A DNA stretch of 54,871 bases from Gemmatimonadota bacterium (GTDB lineage Bacteria > Gemmatimonadota > Gemmatimonadetes > Gemmatimonadales > JACORV01), in NCBI GenBank assembly GCA_041484135.1, contig JBGPHD010000002.1:1-54871 (forward strand). The letters run 5' to 3'. How positions within the stretch are numbered: the stretch's first letter is position 1; each line of letters opens with the position of its first letter. The position numbers and the translations under genes are program-made. Below, piece after piece: positions 18,444-27,774 of this stretch. The notes under the pieces are model-generated. The model did not search any database. It was not told where the DNA came from and was given only the letters and a program-made list of their open reading frames with translations.

Positions 18444-20108
18444 ATGACACCGATGAAGACCCTTCGTTCGACGCTCGCGACGCTCACCGCAGTGGTGGCG
18501 CTGACGTCGCCCGGGCGCGCGCAGCGCGCCGCAGCTCCCGAGCTACGCGTCACGGGCGCGCTGCGGGCCAGCGACATCTCTTCGCGGCTGCACTTCCTCG
18601 CCGACGATCTGCTCGAGGGCCGCGGCACCGGCGCGCGCGGCGGCGAGATCGCGGCGCAGTACATCGCGGCGCAGTTCATGGGCATGGGCCTCGAGCCCGC
18701 GGGGGACAGCGGCACGTACTTCCATCGGGTGCCGATCGTCACCCTGCTGCCGTCGCCGACGTTCGAGATCACCGGGGGCCTGCCCGCGCGCACGCTGCGC
18801 TTCCCGGACGACTACGTGGCGTGGGCCGAGCGGTCCGACAGCGTGGTGAGCGCGACGGGTGAGCTCGTCTTCGTGGGCTTCGGCATCGCGGCGCCCGAGT
18901 GGCAGTGGGACGACTACAAGGGCATGGACGTCCGCGGGAAGATCCTGGTGATGCTGGTGAACGACCCCGGACTCCGCGACCCGGCGATCTTCCGCGGGCG
19001 CATCCTCACCTTCTACGGCCGTTGGACATACAAGATCGAGGAGGCGGCGCGCCGAGGCGCGGCGGGGATCATGCTGGTCCACAACGACACGATGGCCACG
19101 TACGGCTGGACCACCGTCCGGAACTCGTGGACCGGGGACCAGGTGCGTCTCGACCGTCCGGCGACCTCGCTCGCCTTCGCGTCGTGGATCACCCAGAGCG
19201 CGCTGACCGACCTGCTGCGCGCCAAGGGCATCGACTTCGATCAGCTGATGAGCGCGGCGGCGCGCCGGGACTTCCGGCCGGTGGCCACGGGGATCGAGCT
19301 CCGCGGCACGGTGCGCTCCGCCCTGCGGCGGACCAGCACGTCCAACGTGATCGGCCGGCTCCCCGGCGGCGATCCCACGCTCCGGGACGAAGTGGTCGTG
19401 ATCGGCGCGCACTACGACCATCACGGGATCGCGCAGCGGCCGGTGAACGGGGATTCGATCCTGAACGGCGCGCTCGACAACGCCTCGGGGGTCGCCACCA
19501 TGCTCGCGGTCGCGGACGCGTTCGTGCGGACCGGCGTGCGCCCGCGCCGCTCGCTCCTCTTCATCGGCGTGGCGGCGGAGGAGAAGGGGCTCCTGGGCTC
19601 CCAGGCGCTGGCCGAGCGGCCGCCGGTGCCGCTGGCGCTGATCGCGGCGGTGCTCAACATCGACGAGGCGAATCTCTTCGGCTCCACCCGCGACATTTCG
19701 GTGCTGGGCGGCGACCAGTCGAGCCTGGGGCGGATCTTCGACCGCGCCGCGGGCGCCGAGCACCTGCGGGTCAAGGTGGACGAGTCGACCCTGCTCAACG
19801 GCTCGTTCTTCCGGTCCGACCACTTCCCCTTCGCGCGCGCCGGCGTGCCGGCCCTCTCGTGGGAGCACGGTAACGAGTACGTCGGGAAGCCGGCGGGCTG
19901 GGGCGAACAGGCGTGGGGCACGTACAATCGCGAGCGCTACCACCAGGTCACGGACGAGATCCTGCCCTGGTACACGATGGACGGCGCGCTGCAGCAGGCG
20001 CGCGTACTGGTGCGGGTGGCCCTCCTGGTGGGGAACGCGCGGGCGCAGCCGACCTGGAACCCGGGCTCCGAATTCCGGGCCGCGGGAGAGCGGCGGGTCG
20101 GCCGCTAG
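18444..20108 (+). CDS. M28-family aminopeptidase with PA (protease-associated) insert
   Basis: Trimmed to ATG 18444 (MTPMKTLRSTLATLTAVVALTSPGRAQ). M28 metal-ligand blocks: IGAHYDHHG, NGALDNASGVA, AAEEKGLLGS and SDHFPFARAGVPAL. Confidence 0.85.
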   Translation: MTPMKTLRSTLATLTAVVALTSPGRAQRAAAPELRVTGALRASDISSRLHFLADDLLEGRGTGARGGEIAAQYIAAQFMGMGLEPAGDSGTYFHRVPIVTLLPSPTFEITGGLPARTLRFPDDYVAWAERSDSVVSATGELVFVGFGIAAPEWQWDDYKGMDVRGKILVMLVNDPGLRDPAIFRGRILTFYGRWTYKIEEAARRGAAGIMLVHNDTMATYGWTTVRNSWTGDQVRLDRPATSLAFASWITQSALTDLLRAKGIDFDQLMSAAARRDFRPVATGIELRGTVRSALRRTSTSNVIGRLPGGDPTLRDEVVVIGAHYDHHGIAQRPVNGDSILNGALDNASGVATMLAVADAFVRTGVRPRRSLLFIGVAAEEKGLLGSQALAERPPVPLALIAAVLNIDEANLFGSTRDISVLGGDQSSLGRIFDRAAGAEHLRVKVDESTLLNGSFFRSDHFPFARAGVPALSWEHGNEYVGKPAGWGEQAWGTYNRERYHQVTDEILPWYTMDGALQQARVLVRVALLVGNARAQPTWNPGSEFRAAGERRVGR

Positions 20109-20659
20109 CGGGGACGGGGCGCGGCGGCAGGGGGCGCGGCCCACCCGAACGCCACGCGCACCAGGGCGAGGTCCCCTTCGTAGAGCCGCAAGGCGGCCTC
20201 GGCCCGCGCGTTCACTTCCGCGACCGTGCGCCGCGCCCGGTCCACGGCGACCGGCCCGCGGCCGGCCGCGAGCGGCTCCAGCATCCGGGCGCACTCGGCG
20301 CCTAACGCCCTCAGCGGCTCCATCCGCCGCCGGTACCGCTCCACCGCCGCCTGGGCCGAGGCCGTCAGGCAGGACCGGCACAGCCTCCGCCCTTCCTCCG
20401 GCGCGCTCCGCTCCAAGTCCTGGCACCGCTGCCGGGTCCGCTCGGCGCCAGACACGATGTTGGTGGGCTGGTTGAAGACGATCAGCCTGAGCTGTCCCAG
20501 CGCGCCCCGCACGTAGCCCACCCGATAGCCCATCGTCACGATCGCCGCCGCCGTCGAGTCGTACGGCGTCCCCGATCCCGTCGCCGAGCCCGGACGGGCG
20601 GCGGGCGTCGCCGCGGGGACTTGCAGGGCGGCGAGCAGGGCGATGGCGAAGGGCGACAT
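20105..20659 (-). CDS. Secreted hypothetical protein
   Basis: Trimmed to ATG 20659 (MSPFAIALLAALQVPAA...). 184 aa with coding-like composition. Its stop shares the CTAG at 20105..20108 with the convergent peptidase gene. Confidence 0.5.
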   Translation of the reverse strand: MSPFAIALLAALQVPAATPAARPGSATGSGTPYDSTAAAIVTMGYRVGYVRGALGQLRLIVFNQPTNIVSGAERTRQRCQDLERSAPEEGRRLCRSCLTASAQAAVERYRRRMEPLRALGAECARMLEPLAAGRGPVAVDRARRTVAEVNARAEAALRLYEGDLALVRVAFGWAAPPAAAPRPR

Positions 20660-20757
20660 GAAGGGATCCCGGCGGTGTCGATGGTCGAGGGTCGAGGGGT
20701 TCCCGCGCTCAAGGCGGCAGCCTCGGCTCCGGGACCCCTCGACGGGGCGACCGGTCC

Positions 20758-21780
20758 CTACTGCGGAGCGGCTCCGGCGTACGGCGGATTGCGCTGCAAT
20801 CCCGCCGGCACCGCGAGGCGGCGCGCCGCGGGGAGCAACGGGTTCAGCGCGATGACGAACGCGCGGTCCCTCTCGTGCACGTTGCGGATCTGCGCGTACC
20901 ACTCATGGTAGAACGAGTTGGCCGACGACGTGTACTGCTGCCCCCACGGCTGCCACCGACCCGGCGCCGAGATCATGCTCGCGACATTGTCGCACTCGGC
21001 GGTCGCATCGACCTCGGAGAGCGCGGTGTCGAGCGCGGCCGCGGCCCGCTGGATCGCCGCGTCGGCGGGCAGGCTATCGCCGAATCCGCTCGCGGCCTCG
21101 GTGTAGGTGGTGAGATCCCAATGAAGGTCGCGGCACCGCCGCCACCGGTCACGCTCCCGCTGGGACAGGCTCGTCGTATCGACCGCTCCGCCCAGTGGCT
21201 GCCCCGACGTGTTCCGGAACACTCCCACCAGCGTCACGATCGTGGAGTCGAGCATCTGCGCCAGCCGGCGCGCATACTCGAGCCGGGCCGGCATCGCGCC
21301 GCCCGCGAAGGGCGGGAGCGCCAGTCCGGCGGTGAAACCGCTCGCGGGGCCCGGCGTCGCCGCCGGGGGCTGCGCCACGGCCGGCGGCTGAGTCGCCTGC
21401 GGCGTCACCGGGTTCGGCCGGCCACCCACCGGCGCGACGGGCTGCGCGGTCGGCGCCGCGGGCTGCACGGCGGGCGCCGCCGCGCCGGGCGCACCCATCA
21501 GCGTGGGTGAAGGGCGACGTCCCTTGAGAACGGCGGAGGCCGTCACGGTATCGCGCCGAGCCGGTGTCGCGCCGGGCGCCGGCGGCTGGACGGCGGGGGC
21601 TCCGGTGAGCGGGCAGCCGGTCGCATTGACCCGCACGCCTCGCGGCGTGTTGGGGCAGCGGTCCTGGAGGTTGGGCACGCCATCGCCGTCCAGGTCTCCG
21701 AGATTCTGTTGGGCGGAGAGTGGCGCCGTCAGCGTGACGGCGAGCAGGGCCGAAGCGGCGAGAAGGACGCGTTGATTCAC
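20758..21780 (-). CDS. Secreted protein with thrombospondin type-3-like Ca-binding repeat and Pro/Ala-rich linker
   Basis: Signal peptide MNQRVLLAASALLAVTLTAPLSAQ, then DLDGDGVPNLQDRCPNTP (TSP3/OmpA-type repeat), a P/A/Q-rich low-complexity stretch, and a C-terminal globular part containing Cys residues. Confidence 0.6.
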   Translation of the reverse strand: MNQRVLLAASALLAVTLTAPLSAQQNLGDLDGDGVPNLQDRCPNTPRGVRVNATGCPLTGAPAVQPPAPGATPARRDTVTASAVLKGRRPSPTLMGAPGAAAPAVQPAAPTAQPVAPVGGRPNPVTPQATQPPAVAQPPAATPGPASGFTAGLALPPFAGGAMPARLEYARRLAQMLDSTIVTLVGVFRNTSGQPLGGAVDTTSLSQRERDRWRRCRDLHWDLTTYTEAASGFGDSLPADAAIQRAAAALDTALSEVDATAECDNVASMISAPGRWQPWGQQYTSSANSFYHEWYAQIRNVHERDRAFVIALNPLLPAARRLAVPAGLQRNPPYAGAAPQ

Positions 21781-21889
21781 AGGGGCACCCCGGAAAACGA
21801 CGTACGGCTAGAGATAACGAGACGGGGTGCGATTTGCCAGTCGGAATGCCGCCGGAACGCGGGTGTGACCCGCGTCACACACCGGACGG

Positions 21890-23848
21890 CTAGGTCACGA
21901 TCGTGACACGGACCTCGGAGTCGCCCAGGCGGACGGTCGATGGCGCGCGGTGAAGCCTCTCGACACCCAGCACGCGGCGGAGCCACTCCATGGGCGCGGT
22001 GAAGCTGCTCCCACCGGCGACCTTGTCGCGCGTGACGCCGCTGAGGTACAGGCGCTCGCGCGCCCGCGTGAGCGCCCCGAAGAACCTTCGGCGCCCCGCC
22101 TGCTGGCGCTCGCCCGCGGCGCGCTCGAGCAGCAGCACGGTCGAGAGCGGCATGACCGGCTGTCCGTCGGGGCCCACCGCGGCGACGAGCGGGAGCCCCG
22201 ACCCCGCATCGAGCAGGGGCGCCACGAACTCGCGGCCATAGTGATCGTCGAGCTGCGCCACGAGGACGGCGTCCCATTCCCGGCCCCGCGCCTGGGCGAT
22301 CGTCAGGACCTCGATCCCCTCCGCCTCGGCGCCACGGCGATGGAGCGCGTCCCGGAGCACCTGCACGCCGTCCTCGGTGAGCGCAAGGACCGCGCAGGCG
22401 GCGGCTCCGCCGCGCCGGTCCGCGCAGGCGCGCTCGATCACCATCTCCGCCTCCCGCGCACGCGCCTGCGCGATCGGTTCCGGATGCTGGTCGCCGTTCG
22501 CGTCGGTGGCGACGCGCCGCCAGACCACGGCCAACTCGAGCGCCGGTCCAGGGGCGCCCTGCGCCGAAGACAGCGCCGCGGGCGCGAAGCCCGCGCCGCA
22601 CCCGGCGGGCCACAGCCGCTCCCCCACGCGGTTCACGATCCGGCCGCACGCCGGCGCGAACCGCGGAGCCGCGAGGAGCAGCACGCCCCGCTGCACCGAC
22701 CGCTGCAGCTCTTCGAAGGCGTTGCGCCGCAGGCGATCGCATCCCGCCACGCCCGGATCGCCGGAGACGAACAGGGTCCCGTTGCAGCTCAGCGCGCGCA
22801 GCATCGCGAGGTGCTCGGGGGCGAGCGCGTGCGCGTCGTCCACGAGCACGTGCCGCACGCCGCCGCACACCGCCGCCCGGATCGCCGGATCGGTGAGCAG
22901 GCGCGCCGCGCGCGACGCCGGCGATCCGCCGCGCCCCCGTGCGAGAGCGCCGCTCGCGGCCAGGCGTGCGGCCACGCGATACACCAGTGCGCGCGCGGGC
23001 GCGGCCGCCCCCTCCCGCCGCGCCACGTCCAGCATGTCCAGGCCCAGGACCTGTGCCAGCCCCCGCAACCGGTCCAACTCCGAAGCATCGTCGGTGCGGG
23101 CGTGGGTCGCCGCGTTGATCGCGCCCCGCAACTTCGGGAGGACCGCGCGCACGTCCGCGGGACGCCGCAGCCACATGCCGAGATTGCCGATGGGGTCGTC
23201 CTCGGAGCGGCGCCCGCGCAGGCGACGGTAGATCTGGCCCTCCGCGTCACGCTGCACTTCCTCCACCGCGGCCACCCCGAGGCGCATCATCGCCGCCGCG
23301 CCGTACAGCTCCGTCACCGGCCCCGCTTCGATCTTGCCGTACCCTCTCCCCAGACGCAGCACCGCGGCGGCGAGGAGCGACCGCGCCGTCGCCCGGTCAC
23401 ACTCCGCGCCCAGCGCCGCGGACACTTCGTCGGCGGCGGCGTCCGGGATGGACGACGTCAACGGGTCCGGCTCCTCGTCGCCGTCCCGGCTGCTGACCCC
23501 CACCAGCCGCTCAGCCACCGTGGCGACCGGAGCAACGGTCGCGAGGACGCAGCGCACCAGGCGCTCCGACGCGCCAGCCGTGCGCATCGCACCGCCCAGC
23601 CGGCGCCGCAGGTCCGCGGCATCGTCCTCCGTCGCTGTGGCGAGCAGCAGCACGGAGGGACTCTCGTTCAACTCGCACGTGAGCCACACGACCCGCGACG
23701 TCAGGGTCTCGGTCTTGCCGGTGCCGGGGCCCCCGCTCACCACGATGAGCCGGTCGCGGCTGCGGACGGCGGCGTCCTGGAAGGGGAAGAGTCGGCCGGG
23801 CGCGGGATGGCGTGCCTGGATGACGTGCTGCGCCGTCTGCGAGGTCAC
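21890..23848 (-). CDS. UvrD/Rep-like superfamily-1 helicase-related protein (motifs partly degenerate)
   Basis: Trimmed to an in-frame GTG at 23848. Walker A (VVSGGPGTGKTETL), DExx-like HVLVDDAHAL, LTIAQARGREWDAVLV and FFGALTRARERLYLSG near the C-terminus. Confidence 0.65.
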   Translation of the reverse strand: MTSQTAQHVIQARHPAPGRLFPFQDAAVRSRDRLIVVSGGPGTGKTETLTSRVVWLTCELNESPSVLLLATATEDDAADLRRRLGGAMRTAGASERLVRCVLATVAPVATVAERLVGVSSRDGDEEPDPLTSSIPDAAADEVSAALGAECDRATARSLLAAAVLRLGRGYGKIEAGPVTELYGAAAMMRLGVAAVEEVQRDAEGQIYRRLRGRRSEDDPIGNLGMWLRRPADVRAVLPKLRGAINAATHARTDDASELDRLRGLAQVLGLDMLDVARREGAAAPARALVYRVAARLAASGALARGRGGSPASRAARLLTDPAIRAAVCGGVRHVLVDDAHALAPEHLAMLRALSCNGTLFVSGDPGVAGCDRLRRNAFEELQRSVQRGVLLLAAPRFAPACGRIVNRVGERLWPAGCGAGFAPAALSSAQGAPGPALELAVVWRRVATDANGDQHPEPIAQARAREAEMVIERACADRRGGAAACAVLALTEDGVQVLRDALHRRGAEAEGIEVLTIAQARGREWDAVLVAQLDDHYGREFVAPLLDAGSGLPLVAAVGPDGQPVMPLSTVLLLERAAGERQQAGRRRFFGALTRARERLYLSGVTRDKVAGGSSFTAPMEWLRRVLGVERLHRAPSTVRLGDSEVRVTIVT

Positions 23849-24106
23849 GCGGCTTCGCCGGGCGTGCCCGACACGGGGAGGCGGTCTGCCACTGCGCGGG
23901 AAATCGCTCCGCGCGGCCGTACTTCGGTGCCCATGGTCTCCGCGATCTGCTCCAGATTGGGTCTCGACGCGCGGCGGGCCTGCCCGGCGGATGCGATCCC
24001 GCGAAAGGGCCACCGCTCGATGTCGCAGATGATACCCGTCGCGCGTCAGCACCCCGTCAGGGTTGGTTCGCCCCGATCCTGAAGAGCGGGAAGTCCGCGC
24101 CCGGCA

Positions 24107-25360
24107 ATGACATGCGCGAGCGCCCCGGAGACGGTCGAGTCTTGCGCCACGCGAGGGCACGGCCCTACCATTAGCCCGTCTCTCGACCTCCTGGGCGGCC
24201 TCATCGGATCCACGCACAGAATCCTCGCCGGCACCCGTCGTGCCGGCGCTCGCTCAGCCGGCGTCGCGCTCGTGGCCCTGCTGGCGGTGGCTGGCTGCCG
24301 GGGGTCCGACCAGCCGATCCGCATCGGACTGGCCGGGCCATTCTCCGAGGCCCGCGGCCACTCGATGCAACTCGCGGCCCGGCTCGCCGTGCAGGAGATC
24401 AACAGCCGCGGTGGGGTACGCGGCCGCCAGCTTCAACTGGTCGAACAGGACGACTCCGCCCAGAACGCGCGCGCCATCGCCGTGGCGGCCCTGCTTCGGG
24501 ACGACCCCGCCGTCGTGGCGGTCGTGGGGCATCTCACGTCGGGCACCACCATCGCCGCCGCGGACATCTACAACGGCGGCACCTCGCCGGTGGTGGAGAT
24601 CTCGCCGTCGGCCTCCAATCCCGACCTCACCGGCATCGGGCGGTACACCTTCCGGGTCTGCGCCACCGATCTCGCGCATGGGGCCAAGCTCGCGCGGTAC
24701 GCCTTCCAGGCCCTCGGCGCGCGGAACGCGGCGGTGCTCTATCTCAACGACGACTACGGCCGCGGGATCCTCGGGACCTTCACCGATGAGTTCCGGCGCC
24801 TCGGCGGCATTGTGGATCAACGGGACCCCTATGTCGCGTCGACCACGGACTTCAGCCCCTACCTCGAGCGCATCCAGCGGTCCGGGCGGGCCCAGGTCCT
24901 GATGATCGCTGGCGACCGCGCGGGCGCGGCGGCGATCCTGCGCCAGGCGCGCGGCCGCGGGATCACCCTGCCCGTGATGGGCGGCGACGCGCTCACCGGC
25001 ATCCAGGGCGAGGGCGCGATCGCCGAGGGCGTGTACCTCACGTCGAACTACCTGCCCGACCAGACCGGCGCGAAGAACGCGGCCTTCCTGCGCGCCTACG
25101 CGGCCGCCAACGGCGGCGAGGTGCCCGATCACCGCGGCGCCGGCGCCTACGACGCCATCTACCTCATCGCGCAGGTGATCGAGCGCGGCGGAGTGTCGCG
25201 CGACGCGATCCGCGAGGCGCTGGCGGCGGTGGACGACGCGCATCCGTTCGAGGGAGTGACCGGCCGCATCGCGTTCGACGCTCGCGGGGACGTGCCCGAG
25301 AAGGGCGTCGTGGTGGGCGTGGTGCACGGGGGGCGCATCGTGCCGGCGCGCGCACCATGA
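24107..25360 (+). CDS. Periplasmic substrate-binding protein, LivJ/branched-chain amino acid type (Peripla_BP_6-like)
   Basis: The mature part ([46 protein letters not shown]...) is typical. Lipobox LLAVAGC. The first about 35 codons after ATG 24107 have poor GC3, so the true start is uncertain. Confidence 0.8.
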   Translation: MTCASAPETVESCATRGHGPTISPSLDLLGGLIGSTHRILAGTRRAGARSAGVALVALLAVAGCRGSDQPIRIGLAGPFSEARGHSMQLAARLAVQEINSRGGVRGRQLQLVEQDDSAQNARAIAVAALLRDDPAVVAVVGHLTSGTTIAAADIYNGGTSPVVEISPSASNPDLTGIGRYTFRVCATDLAHGAKLARYAFQALGARNAAVLYLNDDYGRGILGTFTDEFRRLGGIVDQRDPYVASTTDFSPYLERIQRSGRAQVLMIAGDRAGAAAILRQARGRGITLPVMGGDALTGIQGEGAIAEGVYLTSNYLPDQTGAKNAAFLRAYAAANGGEVPDHRGAGAYDAIYLIAQVIERGGVSRDAIREALAAVDDAHPFEGVTGRIAFDARGDVPEKGVVVGVVHGGRIVPARAP

Positions 25361-27066
25361 ACCTCCGCTCGTGGTCCGGGTTCCGCACCATCCGGGTCCG
25401 GCTCATCGCCGGCCTCAGCCTGCTCGTTTCGGGCGGCGTGGTGGCCGCGCTGGTCGGCATCGCCGCGTTGCGCCTGATGACCAACGACACGTCGGCGCGG
25501 CTCGAATCCCTGCGCGAGTCGGCGGACATCAATGCGTCGCTCCAGAGTGGCATCCTGGGTGAGATCACCGCCGCGGAGCGCGAGCTGGCGGCGCCGAGCC
25601 CGGCGCTGCGCGCGCGCTTCGACAGCATCGGCCTGGCGACGCATGCGCTGCGCCGGCGATACCGGCGCCTCGCCAGGCTCGCCCCCGCCGACCGCGTCGT
25701 CATCGACAGCATCGGCAAGCTCCAGGCTTCCCTCGAGGTGAGCTATGCCATGGCCGACGCCCTCGGCGACCTGGGCCGCGCCGACGAGGCCCGCGCGATG
25801 GCCGGGACCGCGCGCGCGCCCGCCAACCTCATCGCGGGGAGCATCGAGGTCCTGTCGCGGCGCGAGACCGAGCGCGCCGCCGTGGAGGCCACCGACCTGT
25901 CGCGCCTCGCGGCCGGACGCGAACGGCTCCTGCTCGCGCTGCTCGTGTTCACGACCGTGGCCGGCGTCACGCTCGCGGTCTTCACGCTCCGCGCGGTCCA
26001 GTCCCCGCTCTCCAAGCTGGTGCGCGGCGCGGAACGCCTCGGCCAGGGAGACCTGCGCCCGGTGGACACCGGGCGGATGGCGACCGAGTTCGCGCTCCTC
26101 GCCGACGCCTTCTCCACCATGAGCGCCAGGCTGCGCGAGATCGTCGCCGAGGTGGTGCAGGAATCCGAGCGCATCGCCGCGTCGGCGGGGGCCCTCTCGG
26201 CCATCTCCGAGCAGTTGGCGGCGTCCTCGGGGGAGATCTCCACCTCGATGGTCGAGATCGCGGGCGGGGCCGAGCAGCAGTCGGTCAAACTGAAGGAGGC
26301 GGGCCACGCCGCCGCGGCCCTGCGCGCCGCCGCCGGCGAGAACGCGGCCGCCGCCGAACGCGTGGCGTCCCTCGGCCAGGAGATCCGCGGGGTGGCGGGC
26401 CGGCACCAGAAGGACGTGCAGGGCGCGTTAGGCGCCCTCCTCGGCGTCCGGTCGGTGGTGCGGACCTCGGCCTCCGAGGTGCGCGAGCTGGCGCGGTCCA
26501 GCGAGGCCATCGACGAGTTCGTCGCGCTGGTCAAGCGGATCGCCAGTCAGACCAACCTGCTCGCGCTCAACGCGGCCATCGAGGCCGCCCGCGCCGGCGA
26601 GCACGGCCGCGGCTTCGCCGTGGTCGCCGAAGAAGTCCGCAAGCTCGCCGACGAGAGCGCCGCCGCGGCCGAGCAGGTCACCGAGACGCTCCAGTTCATC
26701 CGCCGCCAGGTGGACCAGGTGACGCGGACCATGGAGGATGGCGTCGAGAAGGTGCAGGGCGTCGAGGAGGTGTCGCAGGCGGCGGCGCGCGGGCTCGAGG
26801 ACATCGTCGCCTCCGTGGCCGGGGTCGAGGACGCCGCGCGCGGCGTCGCGGACGCGGCCGCCAAGAACCGCGGCGCGGCGGAGGAGATCCAGTCGGTGTC
26901 GGTGGCGGTGTCGGCGCAGGCGGCCCGGCACGCGACGGCCGCCGAGTCGGTGACCGCGGCGGCCGAGGAGCAGAGCGCTTCGACGGAAGAGATGGCGGCC
27001 GCGGCGTCGGAGATGCTGGCGGCCGCTGAGCGCCTCAGAAAGGTCGTGTCGGGCTTCCGCGTCTAG
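25357..27066 (+). CDS. Methyl-accepting chemotaxis protein (two TM helices, HAMP, MCP signalling domain)
   Basis: 569 aa. TM1, a periplasmic helical domain, TM2 ([21 protein letters not shown]), HAMP, and the highly conserved hairpin [37 protein letters not shown]. The ATG overlaps the binding-protein TGA (ATGA). Confidence 0.9.
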   Translation: MNLRSWSGFRTIRVRLIAGLSLLVSGGVVAALVGIAALRLMTNDTSARLESLRESADINASLQSGILGEITAAERELAAPSPALRARFDSIGLATHALRRRYRRLARLAPADRVVIDSIGKLQASLEVSYAMADALGDLGRADEARAMAGTARAPANLIAGSIEVLSRRETERAAVEATDLSRLAAGRERLLLALLVFTTVAGVTLAVFTLRAVQSPLSKLVRGAERLGQGDLRPVDTGRMATEFALLADAFSTMSARLREIVAEVVQESERIAASAGALSAISEQLAASSGEISTSMVEIAGGAEQQSVKLKEAGHAAAALRAAAGENAAAAERVASLGQEIRGVAGRHQKDVQGALGALLGVRSVVRTSASEVRELARSSEAIDEFVALVKRIASQTNLLALNAAIEAARAGEHGRGFAVVAEEVRKLADESAAAAEQVTETLQFIRRQVDQVTRTMEDGVEKVQGVEEVSQAAARGLEDIVASVAGVEDAARGVADAAAKNRGAAEEIQSVSVAVSAQAARHATAAESVTAAAEEQSASTEEMAAAASEMLAAAERLRKVVSGFRV

Positions 27067-27067
27067 T

Positions 27068-27586
27068 TCACTTCTTCTTCGCCGTCTTCCCCTTCGCCGC
27101 GCTCTTCGCCTTGGGCTTGTGGTGCGTCGCCTTGGGCTTCGCCTTCGCCTTCGCGGCATGATGCGGCTTGGCGTGCGGCTTCGCCGCGGACCCATGGCTC
27201 GGCGCCGCGTGCGCCTTCGGCGCGAACGGCCGGTGCGGAGCGGGCCGATGGACGGCATGGTGGCCGGGCGCCACCGGCTTCAGGACGACCGGCGGGGCCT
27301 TGGGAGCCGGCTTGTCGATCGCCGTCGGCGCCACGCCGTCGATCTCCCCCGCCACCCGATCCCCCTCATCACTACGGATGAGCCCGCGACGCACCGCGTA
27401 GCGGATCAGCTCGTGGGCGTCCTTGGGGTCGAACGGGGCAAGGCCAGCGGCTGAACGGGAGAGGTTGACGATCGCGTCGGCCACCGGGCTGCGGAGGACC
27501 GTCGCGATCCCGGGGACAGCTTCGAGGATGCTGGAGATCGCCCCGCTGCTCAGTTCGGTAGCCACGGCTATCCCCATGCCCGGCAT
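27068..27586 (-). CDS. Hypothetical protein with histone-H1-like Lys/Ala/Pro/His-rich C-terminal tail
   Basis: 172 aa. About 95 aa of globular N-terminus, then ...KPAPKAPPVVLKP...HAKPHHAAKAKAKPKATHHKPKAKSAAKGKTAKKK. Confidence 0.6.
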   Translation of the reverse strand: MPGMGIAVATELSSGAISSILEAVPGIATVLRSPVADAIVNLSRSAAGLAPFDPKDAHELIRYAVRRGLIRSDEGDRVAGEIDGVAPTAIDKPAPKAPPVVLKPVAPGHHAVHRPAPHRPFAPKAHAAPSHGSAAKPHAKPHHAAKAKAKPKATHHKPKAKSAAKGKTAKKK

Positions 27587-27704
27587 CGAGTTAGAGACGA
27601 AGGACCGCCGGTTACGGACCCATCGTCGATGGCGGGGAATCGAGCGGCAACCTAGCGTCGGAGCGTGGGTTCGTCAAGAAGATTGGCGGTCACCAGCATC
27701 GGTC

Positions 27705-27752
27705 AAAACGCCCTCAAACAAAGGCCCGGCAACGCTTTAGCGCTGCCGGGCC
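27705..27752 (-). terminator. Rho-independent terminator ending the cohesin-dockerin operon
   Basis: Minus strand: GGCCCGGCAGCGC-UAAA-GCGUUGCCGGGCC (13 bp with one G.U, which is an A.C mismatch on the + strand), followed by UUUGUUUGAGGGCGUUUU. It begins 23 nt after the stop at 27775. Confidence 0.7.
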
Positions 27753-27774
27753 TCGCTTGCTCGAACCTCGACGA

